A stretch of DNA of 57,856 nucleotides, filler included, from Catajapyx aquilonaris (lineage: Eukaryota): assembly GCA_000934665.2 (NCBI GenBank). It is 2 parts of 2 records of this genome, joined end to end, with 100 filler letters (N's around TTAATTAATTAA, not from the genome) between each part and the next. Parts side by side here need not be neighbours in the genome. Positions count along the whole stretch, not along the records: positions 29,000 to 57,856 come from JYFJ02004861.1; 1 more part is not named here. The stretch is one strand, 5' to 3'. The translations under genes were made by a program, and so were the position numbers. Of this stretch, positions 35,201-49,207 are shown one piece after another. Below the pieces are notes generated by a model that saw only the letters and a list, made by a program, of their open reading frames with translations, made no database searches and was not told where the DNA came from. Within the stretch, counting starts at the first letter, position 1. Each line of letters opens with the position of its first letter.

Positions 35201-38200
35201 TCCTTCTCATCACTGCCGTATATAACATCCAGCATTGGAGCCAGAAGTTCCGCAAGCACTACCTGAGCTTGCACGCTGTACTGAGTGCCAATAGATGTAG
35301 CTGACACAGAATGAGATGCATGGATTGGGACTGAAATGAGAATGCGAAAATCATATCTGGGCAGATCACATCAAGAAAATAAGCATACTTTCTGATTGAA
35401 CTGGAGATTTGCGTGGTGTTTCCTCAGGTTCGAAGGAGTCGTTGATGGCATCTTGTTGGAGGGCATGCTTCACAGCCAGCTGCCTTTTGAACCACGTTGT
35501 TTGAGTTAAGCATGAACCAGCTATATTGCTGCATGCTTCTATCAGCTGGAATGGCATAACACATCATTCATATTGGGATAAACATTAATTTCCCCAAGTT
35601 AAACCCAAGAAAAAAATGCATCTTACCTTCCCGCATATTTCTTGCACATCTCTCTGCTCCTTCCTTTCTGTGAAGGGCGGCATCCTCTGCACAAATTCAT
35701 TTACGATGGCAAGTATGAGAAATTGCGCAGGCGGTGACAGCGTCAGTCCTTCTTTTAGGAGAGACAGCAACGAATCCCAGCACTCGATTAGTTGAGGAGT
35801 GGTCACTGTTTTGAGGTAAGCGTAGAAGAAATGCAGCAGGCTGACTTCCAGAGGAACTTTCTGTAACGTGCATCGTGATGAATGTATCATAAGAAAATAG
35901 ATGAGAAAATAGTGGAGTTAGGAGAGAGTCCCTAATGTAATACCTGCGGTCCTTCAATAAGTGGTGGCTGCTTCACAACTTGGTGGACAGTTTGAACCAA
36001 GGTGTCGATGGGCATTACTTTTATGGTACTGACCAAATCAACCAATACCAACTGAGAAGGAGTGCATGTTGGAAGAAACTGTTGAAAAAGTACATATTAG
36101 TGCTATTCTTTATAGCAACACAGGCTCATTAATAATTTTATCGATTGTAAAAGTGTGGGTATAAGTCACTCTTCAAGTGTCTCAAAATGACTGTACCAAA
36201 TCATACCTTTTTTGTGGAAGTTTTCGCTCTTCTTTCCTGCCATGCAACAGCAATTGCTGCTAAGAAGCTGTTGCTGTGGTGGCGTGCAATGGGGCTCAGG
36301 AATTCGACCAGATGATGCTGAATGACTTGTGGACTACCTACTACCCAGGCAGTCTGATCCCTGAAAATATTTGCAACAATTCCGGTCAGAAATGATCCTC
36401 CTTTTGGGCAAATACTCAATTACAGAAGGCAAACATGAGCTTACTTTGTGGTGGTCACAGCTTGCCACAATACCGCAGCACTTTCCACTATCCTCGGCAA
36501 CTTGCAGAGCACATTCCTGCGGGCGACCAAATGAGGGTCTAGCGGAGGTGTTGATTCCCGCTGTCCAGGACTCTGCAAGAACTGTGAGCTCAGTCTCAAA
36601 ACTACCTATTTTCCTAATCATAAATTGCTTACCTGTAAGGATGGTGATGGCATAAATACACTAATCAAATTGTTGAGAATCTGACCCGGATTTGCACCAG
36701 AAACACCCATAGTTGTTGTAACTGGTGGTTGCGGAAATGCATATGTTACTTGCAAGGCTGTATCAAGCAAGCAATAATGGGTCAGCATAGTCAGCGCATC
36801 CAACTGAGTTACAATGTAGTCAGACGGGAGAGTAATCCTGCAAGTGCAAATGTACAGCATGTAATCACCTGTCGAGAGGATAGGAATAGATAATTGCAGC
36901 TGGGACAGTATTACTTACGCGTCAGTGCTTTTCCTATGGTAGTAGTTGGCCAGTCTTTCCAAGTTGGTGCAGAGCTGGCTGATTACGTTCACTATGACAT
37001 GGGTCAGGGATTTTCCCATGTAAGGTAGAGCAGATGTGACGAAATTGGTCCAGTGCTGATGCAAATGTCTCAGATGGTCCTGAAAGAAGCGTTCGCAATA
37101 TTACCTGGTTACATTTATTTACGGCATGTACGTATTCCAAGGTTTTGACATAATCGTTACCTGTTTCAATGTTACAAGAATAGCAGTAAGGAACATCGGC
37201 TGTTGAGGGAGGGGAAGCCCAGGAATATATCTGAGAGTTTTAGGGTGCAAATTCACAGGATGATGTTCCACTTTTCCTCCTTCTTCACCCTTATGTGTTT
37301 TCTCTTCCAGCATTATCAATGCCAGCAACAATCTACAAGCAAGAATAGTTATTCAAGTGTGTTGTTCAAGTTTGAAATATTGCGATATATAAGCAAGGAA
37401 ATATGTTTTAGAGAGCAAGTGACATAAAAGTATATCACACGGATCTGATGGTAAACTGTATGTTCAATACATATTACAGCAATGGCACTTCAAGTGAAAG
37501 AGCTCACCTCAGCAGCTGAATTTGCATCGACTCAGAATAATTGCAGGTTTTGCCAGCAGGATCAAGACCCTTGTTGAATAGGAGAATGTCATCGGTAAAT
37601 GTGCCTCCGACTTCAGCATTACCCTTTTTCATGTCGTAGACACTGGAAACTAGACACTGAAGTACCACTTTCTGAAGCTTGCAGGTCACCAGAAGGTCTC
37701 CGATGTAGGAAGAAAAGCCCTTGCCACTCTCTCTCACTATTGGTATGAGCTCTGATATGAGCAGAGACAAAACTTCGACGCTGAGAAGCTGCACCTCGCA
37801 GTTTCCCCGAAGCTCCTCTTCAGTCAGCCTCATTTGTCCAAGGTTAGGGTAGAAGCTCCGAGCAAAGTAGAGAGTAACTGTGATCCACACTTCGATGTAC
37901 ATGCTGCTTCGGTAGTTCCCCACTCCTTCCTGTGCCTCGCCGTGAAACCCTTTTCCAAACACAGACTTGTGATGGGAGGCCAGAAGAGTCTGAATCTCAC
38001 GTCCCTTGTGAGTGTCTGTGCTGACCACACTGGTGGTGGACAGAGCACATATGGTCACTCGTGAGTTGGTATTCAGAATGTTTCGCAGTGTTTGAAGGGC
38101 ATACAATGTTCGCTTAGAATCGTACACCTGGCAATAAAGCAGGATGTGGGAATGTAGGGAATTCACATTATGAGATGCCGGCGTCTTTGTAGCATCATGG

Positions 38201-41200
38201 CGGCCATCCACCACAGAATCTATAACTTCTTTAAGCAAGCTTTCAACAATCTCTAGACCACTGGAACGGCTGCCCCATGAGTTAAGTGAGCAAACACCAC
38301 ATGAAACTGATTCACTGCTGCTACCAAGAGCTTTTCCTCCGCCATCACCATCCTCACTCTTCTGCTCTGGGCTGGCTAACTCTTCCTCTGGAAACTTGGT
38401 CAGTGGATTCACAAACATTGACATAGGCGTATTTTGCACACTCTCATCAGCGCGTCCAGATGAAGCAGTCACATAGCTTGAATTGCTGGAAAGAGTTGTT
38501 AGAGCAAAGATCCTCTTGGGATCATTAATTGGCTTCTTCTTCCCAGCATCATTGGAGACGTGATAGATCACATTGCCATCAACAGAACTTATGGCATAAA
38601 TTTTCGCAGGTTCATCATTGTCCACGATCTTCCTTGGCGTTTCTGATGGCTGTATCCGAACATGCAGAACACTCACTCTTGCTGTGGCAGGGTCCAGCAA
38701 CATATGCAGCAAGGGCTCCACAATCCTCGCGACATCCCCTCTGAGAAGTGCATGAAGCATCCAGTTCTGCGACAGACTCTTCAGCGGCCCCGTAGGATGC
38801 ACCAGATTATCCAACATCTTCAAAAGCAACCTGTAAGGTAATGGTATTGAACTTCCTTATCACATGGCAAGCACTGGTCCCAGCTTACTTCTCAAATGTC
38901 CTTCCGCTAGACTTTGCCAATTCCCTGCTGAGATGCCAAAGGATGCTAAATCTTTGGAAGTTCTCAATCTGTCCAGCTTCCCTTTCCTCTGACAGACTCC
39001 TGCAAATGACATGTTCAACTTCTGTGGGTTCTGGAACTGCGTTAAGAAGTGTGTTCAAGAGTTCCACACACTTGAAGTGGGAACCAGGTGGCACTGTTCC
39101 CAGCAACAACCACAAAGACGATGCAAGACGCTGAAACAAATATTCACCGTAACAAGAAAACCAACACGAAATGTAATTATTATTCACTCACCTCAATTAT
39201 GTGCGTGTTATTCAATATGTACTCCACGTGTACAGGTTTCAGCAGAGAAGAAAATAATACTGTGGTAACTCCTTCATCCCCAGGAATGTGTTCTTGTGAA
39301 AAGGTTTTATGGAGTGCAACCTTCGATGCCTTGTTTGCATTTTCAGTCAAAGACATCAAGTCAAGAAAGGTAGATATTGCAGTGAACTGTAAATCACAAT
39401 TCTTGGGTGACATATAACAACCGGAAATCAAAAGAACCTGCAGCCAAGACGGCAACTTATTGCAACCGCTACCTGCAAAAGACACGGAGAAAGCACTTGA
39501 AACATGCTCGCACTCATCTTACAATCACACTTCCACGGACACAAAAGGTCAGCTCACCTGCAGGGCAATGTTCATGTGAAATTTCACTTGACGGAAACGA
39601 CGACAATTCCAGCAGCAAGTCGCATGAATGCTGCATAGCTGCACAATAATCGTTGACACCATCTCTCACTGGGACATGCGGTTGATCAGTTCCAGGCAGC
39701 TTCATTGTTACTTCTGTATCTTCGCTCCTTCCTTTCAGCAAGTTTTCCAGCCACGTATTCCTGTCTTTACTAGCCTCCTTCTGAATCCTCCTAAATACCT
39801 TGCAATAATTCACACTGCTAGCAAAGATCTTGCTGGTGACAAACTGCACGAAAAATCGTTCATGCTGAATCGTACACTCCCACGTCAACTGTGTCAAGTT
39901 GTCCTGTTGTAATTTATCCCCTGAGGTGTGTTTGCTTGTTGCTGTCATGCTGGTAACTCGGCACAAATTGTTGTTTGTGTCTTCCGGAGTTCCACCTACT
40001 ACATCATGCGTGCTCACGACGACAGTTTTCCTTTTTTCTTGAGGAAATGTCGGCTGAACCTTTGACAGAATCTTCCTGCAGGTTCTAAGTGAACAGGTCA
40101 CTTCCTCGGCAGTTAATTCATGGCAATGAACAGTCATGGCACACATCATTTTCTGGAACAGCTGCGGCAGGTGCAAGGTGGGTGTAGCTAAATACGTGTC
40201 AATAGAAACAATGTCCAGGAGGAAGTCAATCAAGGCACACATTTCAATAATTCTGGGAGGGTGTCCACACACACTTTGCACAACACTGCTATCATCCGGA
40301 ACCTTCGCTTCTGGTGCACTCTTCTCCAATTTCAGTGCCTTTTCGTACATTTGAAGGACATACTCCCATATGAACGAGGGTTCCAAGGTTGCGAACATCA
40401 CATTGGCAATCCGAATGGTATCAGCAACAGGTCTGTATCCCTTCTGCATCGGTGGTTTCTTCCCCACTTCCGGGCTCTTCTCGGGTACCTTTGATACCTT
40501 GCATATCTGATAAAGAGACCTGGAAAAAAAAAATGCTGCAAGTTACTTCCCATTTTGAGAGTTCGTTCATACACCTTGAATGTGTCTGATGTTTTTAATT
40601 TTAAAAGACTCAAAATTAAAAAGCTTATGTATTAATTGGGCTCAGTAAGGAGCCTTTTGAAATATCAAGTCATGATTCTAGTTATTTATGCCATGATTTT
40701 TTTTTTTGGCTATAAACACACCAACTTTGACACACAAAGCTCCTTTTGCTACTACCGGTACCTCAACAGATTTTACTTGAATCTTACCTAAAAACCTCGA
40801 TCAGTATGTCATCTACTATGAAGGGGCCAATTTCTGGTTTCTCAAAAAAAGATATAAGAAGTCGATATGGCCTGACGTCTGGAACATCTTGGGGTTGTAT
40901 CCAAGAGAAAATTCTCCGCAAGCTCTGCAAGAGACGAGTCAATTTTAGCCTCTTTGACAGCACTATTAACATGCTTTCTGCTATTAAAACTAAACTGAGG
41001 TTAACACTCTAATAAAAATTGCCACTCAAATGAACTCCAGTAAACTAGTTGAACAACAAACCATTTTACCATCCTTTACCTGAATCAGTAGTGCACGTGA
41101 ATAGAGATCGAAATAGGGATTAATTTCTTCATCGCTCCCGTCATCACTGCAACTTCCAAGTTGATTCTCAGTCCGCTTCACAAGGGGATGGTCCGAGTTC

Positions 41201-42698
41201 AAGAGTGAAACATTCACCTCACTGCCCATCAGCCATATAAACAATCTCCTAAAATGCAACGAATAACAAGGTTTAACTGCTACTGAACTTGAAGGAATGT
41301 TCTCATGCCCTATTGTACCTATCGAGAGACATGTCTCTGCGTAATAACGTTGTCACTGCTGCAGTCATCAGCTTGATCATGTCTTCTCGAACCAGCTGGA
41401 CATTGTGCACGGGAAAGCCCATCAGGAGAAAATCCAAGGCACTTCGTTGTACTAACGCACTATTATCTTGCAGAGCAGCACACAAACCATTTACCTGCAA
41501 TGTAGTCAAGTGTCTCAGAGATCGCCTTGACACTAAGAAATTAGCAACACAAACCAAAATATCCACTTCTGTTCCCATAATATATATTTGGTCTTCCATT
41601 GATAATTTTTTGTTGAAGTGAGCAAGGCAATAGTTCAGTGCCGGAAGCCTAACTCCCGAGTTGGAGAGGATGCATTCCCACAAACAGCCGTAAAAGTAGC
41701 TGCTTTCCACACCCTCACACACTTGTTCCAATAAAGTATTGGTCCTGAAATAATGAGCAACAATAAGCCGACCCCATACTTAGGAGGGATTCAGATGCTT
41801 ACCTTTCGAAATGATCCGATGCTTCCTCCAAGCCAGGAAGAACCCCGCTGAGAAACCCACTGAGCGCAGGCCTCAGCCTTTCTCCAAGGGGAACGAAATG
41901 CGTTTCGTAAATGGTGAGGAGGGACGGACGCACATTCATAGCAGCATGGCCCAGCAATGGAAAGAGCCCTGCGCTGTATATGAACAGTTCCTGGCTAAGT
42001 CGACTGGTTCCCATGCACTTGAAGATGATGTCGTACGTGTCCAAGGCTTGTAAATGGAGCCCGCTTGGAAGCGCAGGGTGCATACACTGCGCAAGCCTCT
42101 TACTAATCACTATCCTCCGTGGAATGATGGGATATTTCATATTCCCCATAATCAGCTGAAAATTGCGGTACACCCAGCGTTACGAAACTGTTTCCATCAT
42201 CCAGATCAATCCAACAGTTTTACCTTTTTTAATTTCCCCACTGCCGATATCATATCAGGCCACCCACTGCTGTACTCAAAGTTTCGCAGCGTTTTATCCA
42301 TGGCAGTCACGTAGCTGTAAATGATTACGAAAATTAATGCGTCTGTCTGTACAATAAACTGCATGTAGCCCGTACAGGGCCTTAACGATTATTGTACGGC
42401 ACTATTCCTTATATGAGGTCCGCACTATCCATTATTATCACAGTTGAATCCGGATATAACTGCCAGTCCCGGCATACTTCCAGTATGACAGACCTTGGTT
42501 ATAACAGACTGATTTCAGCGCAGTCCCTTGATTATACACGGATTCATCAACTGTTAATGTTGTTGTTACGAGCGGCTGTCTCCTTCGCCGCATGAACCCA
42601 ACTCACTTGCGATACTTGGAGTCTCCCAGCAGCTCGTACTCCTCCATTGCAATGGAAGTCATGCTTCCAGCAGGATCCTTTTTAATGTCCATCGTCAT
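32265..42698 (-). CDS. DOP1: Protein dopey-1 homologue (roughly 25-27 coding exons)
   Basis: Start ATG 42698 (MTMDIKKDPAGSMTSIAMEEYELLGDSKYRNYV). Dopey N-terminal motifs KRLAQCMHPALPSGLHLQALDTY, LLRRDMSL, RPYRLLISFFEKPEIGP. Large exons at ~39558-40519 and ~37508-38830. C-terminal LFLCFRVLLLRM-like, WLQLYLSACKLLDLAL, LPQFQMYRWAF and final EDFLEPLIS* (TGA 32265-32267). Probable 5'-UTR exons up to ~43180. Confidence 0.93.
33755..33766 (-). other. Candidate 12-nt alternative microexon of Dopey (adds RKIP)
   Basis: Minus strand: ...ttttctctctttccatTGACTAACtggtTGCtggtggatatttcttcAG|aaaaattccaag|GTattt...TGCATG. Frame-preserving in a phase-2 intron, no stop. Confidence 0.6.
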
Positions 42699-43179
42699 GA
42701 TGAACGCACCAGGGCAGCGTGTTCAGCCTCCTGCAACAATTGAGTCATACAGTGTGATGCACCTGGACAGCACATCTGCCACAAAGTGACGTCCCTCTCT
42801 GTACATGATTCAGGTACATTGCAGGTGAACAACTCGTTCAAGGCCATCTCGTCACCCGCATTAATTCCCCCACGCCCTGCTCTCTCTCACCTGCCAGCTA
42901 CCAGCAGCGTCCCGTCCGCCCCATGGCTTCCGTCTTCTTCTTCTCCTCCTTCCAACAGCCGCACCTGCCGGAGCACTTGCAATAATTATTTATTATTCAC
43001 CTGCAGGTGATGCACCAGCTGCAGTGCGAGTGCAGCTGGGGCCGAAATGCACGTAGCAGCTTGTCGGTTGCATACGGTACCGTCTCACTCGTTAGTTCGG
43101 TGGATACACGACAGATGGCGCGACGGTGGCCTGTCCTGATGCGACATCTGGCGGAACTACGCCCGGGAATTTCGAACGT

Positions 43180-43400
43180 CAACTAATGTGTAATTAACGC
43201 ATGCGCAATTAGCGATGAACAAGGACGCATGCGTGGAGTGGAGATGCGTGAGGGGTCAAATGTGAAGTGTCCTCTACATCTAATCAGCTGATTAGAGGCC
43301 CTCGTCAGTGCTCCTCTCTTTGTGGTGGATATGCCCTTTAGACTGATTAGTTTTCCCGCCTAGGAAGTGACCACAACACTGGTATGCTGTGGTCAGCAAG
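43180..43400. promoter_or_regulatory. Probable bidirectional promoter of Dopey and SMCR8 with two NRF-1/EWG-type motifs
   Basis: Divergent genes with start codons 853 bp apart. acgcatgcgca at 43197-43207 and acgcatgcgt at 43225-43234 resemble the NRF-1 site YGCGCATGCGCR. Confidence 0.6.
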
Positions 43401-43550
43401 TAGGGGTCAGCTGAGCAAGTAGCGGCTTGAGGTGACTTACCTCTTTTTTGACTGGCATCAGCAAAATGTGACTTGTTTTATCCTTGCAGCGTGCCTTGCA
43501 GAGAGATGACTGTTCATCAGATTCAAGGGTGAAAGAGTGGGGCAGACAAA

Positions 43551-46500
43551 ATGCATTCGGATTTCGTCTACTACTCGCTGGATGACTTCGAGGCGACCGA
43601 CAATGTGTTGCCGCAAGGATGCAACGTTATCAGGGAAAAGCCAGTTCCTTTCGTTTATCAGGTGAGCATGATATGTCACCAAGAAAGCCGTCAATGTTAC
43701 AATAATGGCTTGTTCCAGGCGAGAAAAAGAGAGTTGGCAGATTTCATCATATTGGTGGAATTTTCCGAGATCGAAGGGCCTGCCCCAGTGTTCACCATAC
43801 CTGCTCAGCCCATGGCGGACGTGGAGTTGGATGAGTTTGTCATACAGCTCATGTCGACCGACTATCAGGTCAATCAGATGTGAGTAACGTCATGATGAAT
43901 TATGTCATGTGATGGTGCGGTATTAACGAGGCACTTATTTGCAGTGGGGAATTTCAGTTGTGTCAAGACAGTAAGGTTATGAGGACTAATATATGCAACG
44001 ATGTCTCTGCGTATCTCCAGTACTTCACACTGCTTGACACACAAGCTCGAGGTTTTGTTCGCCCATTTTGCTTGGCTTATGTCACCAAGGATCGCATTAA
44101 ACTGGAAAGGTTCTTTGTGGAGTTTGTAGGGAATTTTAGCCAGGTTTGTACTCTAAGTAACGTTTGAGTTTCAGATTGCAGAGTGGGATATCCCTTTCAG
44201 GTTACGCGTATTCTCAAGCATGCAAACAGGAAGTGGTTCACCGAGGAAGTTGGAAAGATTTTGAGGAATCTTCAGCAAATCAAAGGAAATTACATTCTAT
44301 GGAAGCAAAATGGTGCAATGAGTGTAAGTATAATGAGTGTAAAGGTTATAATAATGCTATATTTTCATGTGTTTATTGGATTGGTCCTGATTCTGATGGG
44401 AGTATAAATGGTTATATTTTTATGCTATTAGCTCCTTTTACCTACAAGTAAGATACCAATTGACCATTTAATTGTTTTTCTCAAAATTTAGATGTGCTGT
44501 TTGCATGAATCTTGTACTGTTTCCTTAAGAAGTATGATAAAATACACTTTCTACACGTGTAGATATCATGTGTTTCATATATATTTTCTACTAAATGGCT
44601 TCCGGTTTGAGAAACTAAATGAGCTCTGAGTGTACAAACATTATCAAGGTAGAGCAAAAGAAAAAAAGTTATTAATTTTGTTTCCATATCCAAGGTTCAG
44701 TTTTTCAGATAAAGAGGCCATGAGATAAGTGCTAGATATATTATCCATTTCTGCTTTGCTTCTGCCTTCACAATGAGTGACCCCTGTGTTTATTTGCCTA
44801 ATATGTTTTTTTTTAACAAGTCAATATCATGTTTCCATAAAAATTTTAAGCTGGGTCCGCAATAAACTCGGCAAAAGAAAACTCGGCCATTTGGTAACTA
44901 CAATTTGGGGAAAATGAGGACGAACTTATTTTTCGGTGAAAGAAGCATTCGCCGAAAGAGGTTTTCGGCGAAATTGCAATTGGGTGAGCACACTTTTCGC
45001 AGACATGACAATTCCCCGAAAAACCTTTTTGACGAGATAGAAAGAGACACAATAGAGAATGGAGCTATGGATCGGGTAGAATGTACCAGGTACAGTATTT
45101 ATTCTGATAAAACATTACATAAAAATTCATCAGAGATATTATAAGTTACATTCTTCAAATATGCAAGGATGTTTTCATTGCTGTAGGTCTCGGCCAGTTT
45201 TTTAAGGCGATCTGACACTTGGCTGCAAAGGCACTCTTGTCGCGGTCTAACCCCTCGTTCCAGGTGAGCCATACGTATGCGCTGCACAGCTATTTCTTTT
45301 TTTAGAATGTCCATGAAAATCCAGGGGCTAGGGTGATTCGCAGCAAACTTTGACCCAAAACCATGATGCCATCCTTCAAGGCTGTTGTTTGTTTTCATAT
45401 AACCATGCAGTGCACAGTCATGATGATTCTACATGTTTAAAGAATATCTAGGCTGACTCCTTCGGTGCTTTTTACGCCTGCCAATAAAATCGCCCTCAAA
45501 ATAATTGGCGACAGGGAGGATACGTTCGTCAAGTACATCCACAACCAAGTCGAAAGCGTCTAGTACATCACGCTCTGGTACAAAAGCAAGCGATGCCATC
45601 AATCGGCATTGCACAGCAAATTCCGTATCCATTCCGTAAGGATTCTGCAGGCCTTCACTCTATATCTTTCGCCAAATTGCCTGCGCAAAGTGGGAGAAAC
45701 TTCCCTGAATGTGGCAGTTGAAAGTTTCTTTAAAGCCACGCCATGCTGCCAACTCGAAGTCTAGTACCACTGTTAGATGTTCAGGTACCGATGCTAGCAA
45801 ACTCTTCAGTTTCCCAAAAAAACCTAAAAGTACAATAAAAGCAACAATAACTGTCTTGTAAAATAATGTATATATGCTATTATGACACATACCGGCTGTA
45901 GGACTCTGCTGTGCGCTTTTGCATTAAAATGACTGCACCCAGGATGATTGTGGCGTGATCCATTTCTGCGTGGCATGTGTAGATCTGATCGAATATTACG
46001 GGACACTTGCTAAATGTGCCATCAACTTGCCATTGGGAAGAAGTTGACAGAGCCTCTAATACCTTTTGGTACCCCAGAATCAGGAATCGTTCATTGTCTT
46101 TGGGCCCAGAATCAAATAGAACAAAATCTGAACCGTCGTCATGCTTGAGGTATTCCTCAGGAATTATCCAGGTAGCTGCTGACTGTGGACACGGGGGACA
46201 TTTTCCTTTGCGTACGCGAGCTTTCCTGTATAGACATGAGAACAGGCGGGTTACAGGACCAACAACAGCCAACAAAAGGATCGGATATCAGGACTTTCCA
46301 CACACTTACCTCACAGCACAAGCCATTGATGTACGTTTCGGCAGTAGTGCCAAGGTGGCTTCGTTAAGGTTTTGGGTGACATTCCCGATTAGTCCTTGTA
46401 CAGAGGCAGTTCCTATTTTACCCTCATCCATAATTTTCCTTTTCGCGTGCTGTGCTTCCACGGCTGCAGCATTCGGTGCATGATTGTGGTCATTAGTCGA

Positions 46501-49207
46501 CCGGAAAGTAATCATAGTGTCATCTCCAAGCCTGGTGTGAACCCGTGCTTTACAATGTCAATCCTTTTTTTCACATCTCCAATAAACCTGACAAAATACC
46601 GGCCGTCCAAGTATCACATTAAACATATTTTAAAGAGATGCAATTATTTTAAAGACTCACCTTATCGCTGTGTGACCTATCCTTCACATACACAAAACCA
46701 CACTCCACCAGCTTCGGTCTGCCTCTCTCACTTTGCAACATTCCTGTCAATGTGCCAGGGGAATAATGACCAAAGCATATACACAACCCTTCCTGGAAGT
46801 CAGGTGAATTGGGAGATATCAACAGGACTGACTATACTTCCCCATTGGACGGACATAGTAGACTAGCGGTACTTGTTGTTTCCATTAAGCCGAAAAGAGT
46901 TGGGTAATTGTCCTGTTGCCGAAAAATACGTTCATCGAATTTCATATTCACCGAATGGTAGTCACAGAGTTTTCTTTCGCCGAGATTATCAGGAACCTTT
47001 AAACTGCAGAGAGGGAAAGGTCATCTGAAGGAGAACTATCGATAATAAACCCATCCAAATTTCACAATAGCATATTATTATATGTGCTCCTACAAAGAGT
47101 GTCGGTACTTATTTCTCTCTCGTTTCTTTAATGTTAGGCTGAAGAGAACAAAGAAAACAATGCCTTCTTGGAAAATGAATTTGCAAACAAAAGAATCAAC
47201 CTCAGTCAAATTGCACAGCAATACAGTGAACTGGAAAATGTCATGTACAAAGTGAGCGAGACATTGGTAAGTGCAGATCTATAAACTTTAACCTTAAGAA
47301 TTTATCCGTTCATGATTAAAACTTTTATTTCATGTGATATGATTATGGAAAGTTTGTTATGTAAATAAGCAGGTTCAAGGTTATACCTCATGTGACTTTT
47401 ATCAAGAAAGTGTTTGCATGCAAAGAGATGTTGTCTGTAATACTTGCGAAAATCTTCTCTCTATAGTCACTTGCCATTTGCAAAGTGATTGAATTCATTT
47501 CGATTATGGCTGATTTTTTTCCAGGGCGATGAATTGTGTGAATTGACTCTCGGCCATTGGAGAAGTGCAGCGCAGAAAAAGCAACACTGCCTGCTGCACC
47601 AATTGGTGAACTGCGAAGTGATGTCCTCAACCTTAGCACAACGCAAAGTGCTTCAGATCCCACGCTCCTTCCGAGTGGGTGAAGAGATTGTCCCCTGTCC
47701 CTTCGTGGTGTTGGGCCAGTGGGGTGCAGTGGTGGCCGCCTGGAAACTAGTGCATCTTCATAAACACTATTGCCAGGACCTCTGCCTGCTTCTGTTACGA
47801 GGATGGCAGCCTGTCATTCCCATCAAAATGCATCAGTTTCAGCTTGCAAGTGCATCACTTGTTTGTAAAAATGCAACTGATGAAAGTGCAATAAGTGAGT
47901 TACAAGGTATCTTCAAGATTGAAGAAGCATTGGAATCGCTTGAGCTCCAAAGGCTGCTAAGAAATCCATGCTCAAAGCCAGCTTCAGTTGGAACTTACGT
48001 CAACAGTACAGATGACTGCATGCAAAACGGGGTGTGTACAAGTGTTCAGTGCATTCGACTTTTGGTTTATCAGGTTATAGTAGGTGTACTCAGTAACTGA
48101 TGTTTTCAGGGTCGGATCATAGAAGTGACGAATGCCTTCTTATCTGGTTATGGAAATTCAGTGGTTTGTAGTGAAGATTCTTTTGAAGAACAAATACATC
48201 CACTGCCCAGCTGGGAAATTTTATCATGTGTTCAGAAGAGGCGTCCAGGTGAGACAAATCTCATTCATTGGTCAGCTCAAGGCCTCTTCATAACGTGTGT
48301 GACCTGCTTTGTTACAGGCTACGGAATTCTGAAGTTTTTTAGAACGTTCAACAAAGTTGCACACCACGTTTTATTCTCGCTGCTTTTGGGAAGGATTCTC
48401 ATCATCTGTGGGGATCACAACTGCCAGTCGTTAGTTTCAGATATCATCACTGCCCTTTTACCTTTCATACCATTGCCATCTGGACAATCAGGAAAAATTT
48501 TACGGTGAGTGTCAACTATGCATCAAGCATGAGTCGTGATGATTAAAGGGCATGCTGTAAAATTATGCTTGTAAACTTTCCAGATGGCATCATGGAATAA
48601 TAGTGACTATGCATATCAAGCAATACAAGATGATTGGTTTGTGTGTACCAGAGCGACTTACAGTTCATGACATGATGAACCATCGAGACAAGGTATGGTC
48701 AAGCACCAAGCCGCCAACCAAAACAAGTGTTTAAATTGAGATGTGATACAGTTAATGAATCTGAGAAGATTTTTAAAGTAGTGTTCAAGATATCTTAAAT
48801 TTAATTTTGTGATATCTGTAAAACATTGAAGTGTTGTGGTTACTTTGACAATGATTTCTTGTCACATTAACGTTAATTTTTTATTTTCCTTTCAGAACCA
48901 AGTGACAATCTTGGATGTCCAGACTCGCCAACTTTTTGGCCCTGCTTACTCTGGGAGATTATTAGCCAATTTAGCAAATAACTGCCAAAAACATTATGAA
49001 AGTGATGAAACCTTTCTCGCCTATGTGTACAGTATGATGGCCGACATTGAAGGACGTGTGTTTACATATCGGAACTGCCAACGAGCCTCTGTGAGGCTAA
49101 GTGCTACCAGAGGATTTCATTCCATTTCTAAGAGACTTGAATTGTCTGATGGTGATGCAGATTTCATCAGATATCTCAGTACTTTGTCATCCTCCACAGA
49201 ATTTTGA
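43551..49207 (+). CDS. SMCR8: SMCR8 (C9orf72-complex DENN/longin subunit), about 9 coding exons
   Basis: Approximate exons 43551-43661, 43719-43879, 43945-44143, 44201-44323, 47138-47266, 47525-~48031, ~48110-48505, 48584-48691, 48896-49207. Motifs [84 protein letters not shown]. Confidence 0.88.
44854..46997 (-). mobile_element. Full-length Mutator-like (MULE) transposon in SMCR8 intron 44324-47137, antisense
   Basis: Imperfect TIRs ggtccgcaataaactcggcaaaagaaaactc / gagttttctttcgccgagattatcaggaacc. 9-bp TSD tttaagctg (44845-44853) / tttaaactg (46998-47006). ~15-bp periodic subterminal repeats. Confidence 0.9.
45099..46741 (-). pseudogene. MULE transposase (FLYWCH zinc finger + DDE) with three introns and three in-frame stops
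   Basis: [34 protein letters not shown] (FLYWCH), then [40 protein letters not shown] introns 46588-46660, 46226-46309, 45824-45892. Stops at 46558-46560, 45660-45662, 45429-45431. Confidence 0.88.

Noticed and set aside
42224..42314. Cluster of substitutions in a usually conserved Dopey motif (YSSGWPDMISAVGKLKK versus the recalled YSSEWADLISALGKLNK)
   Set aside because: May be local base-calling error in a draft assembly. Needs raw reads before any interpretation.
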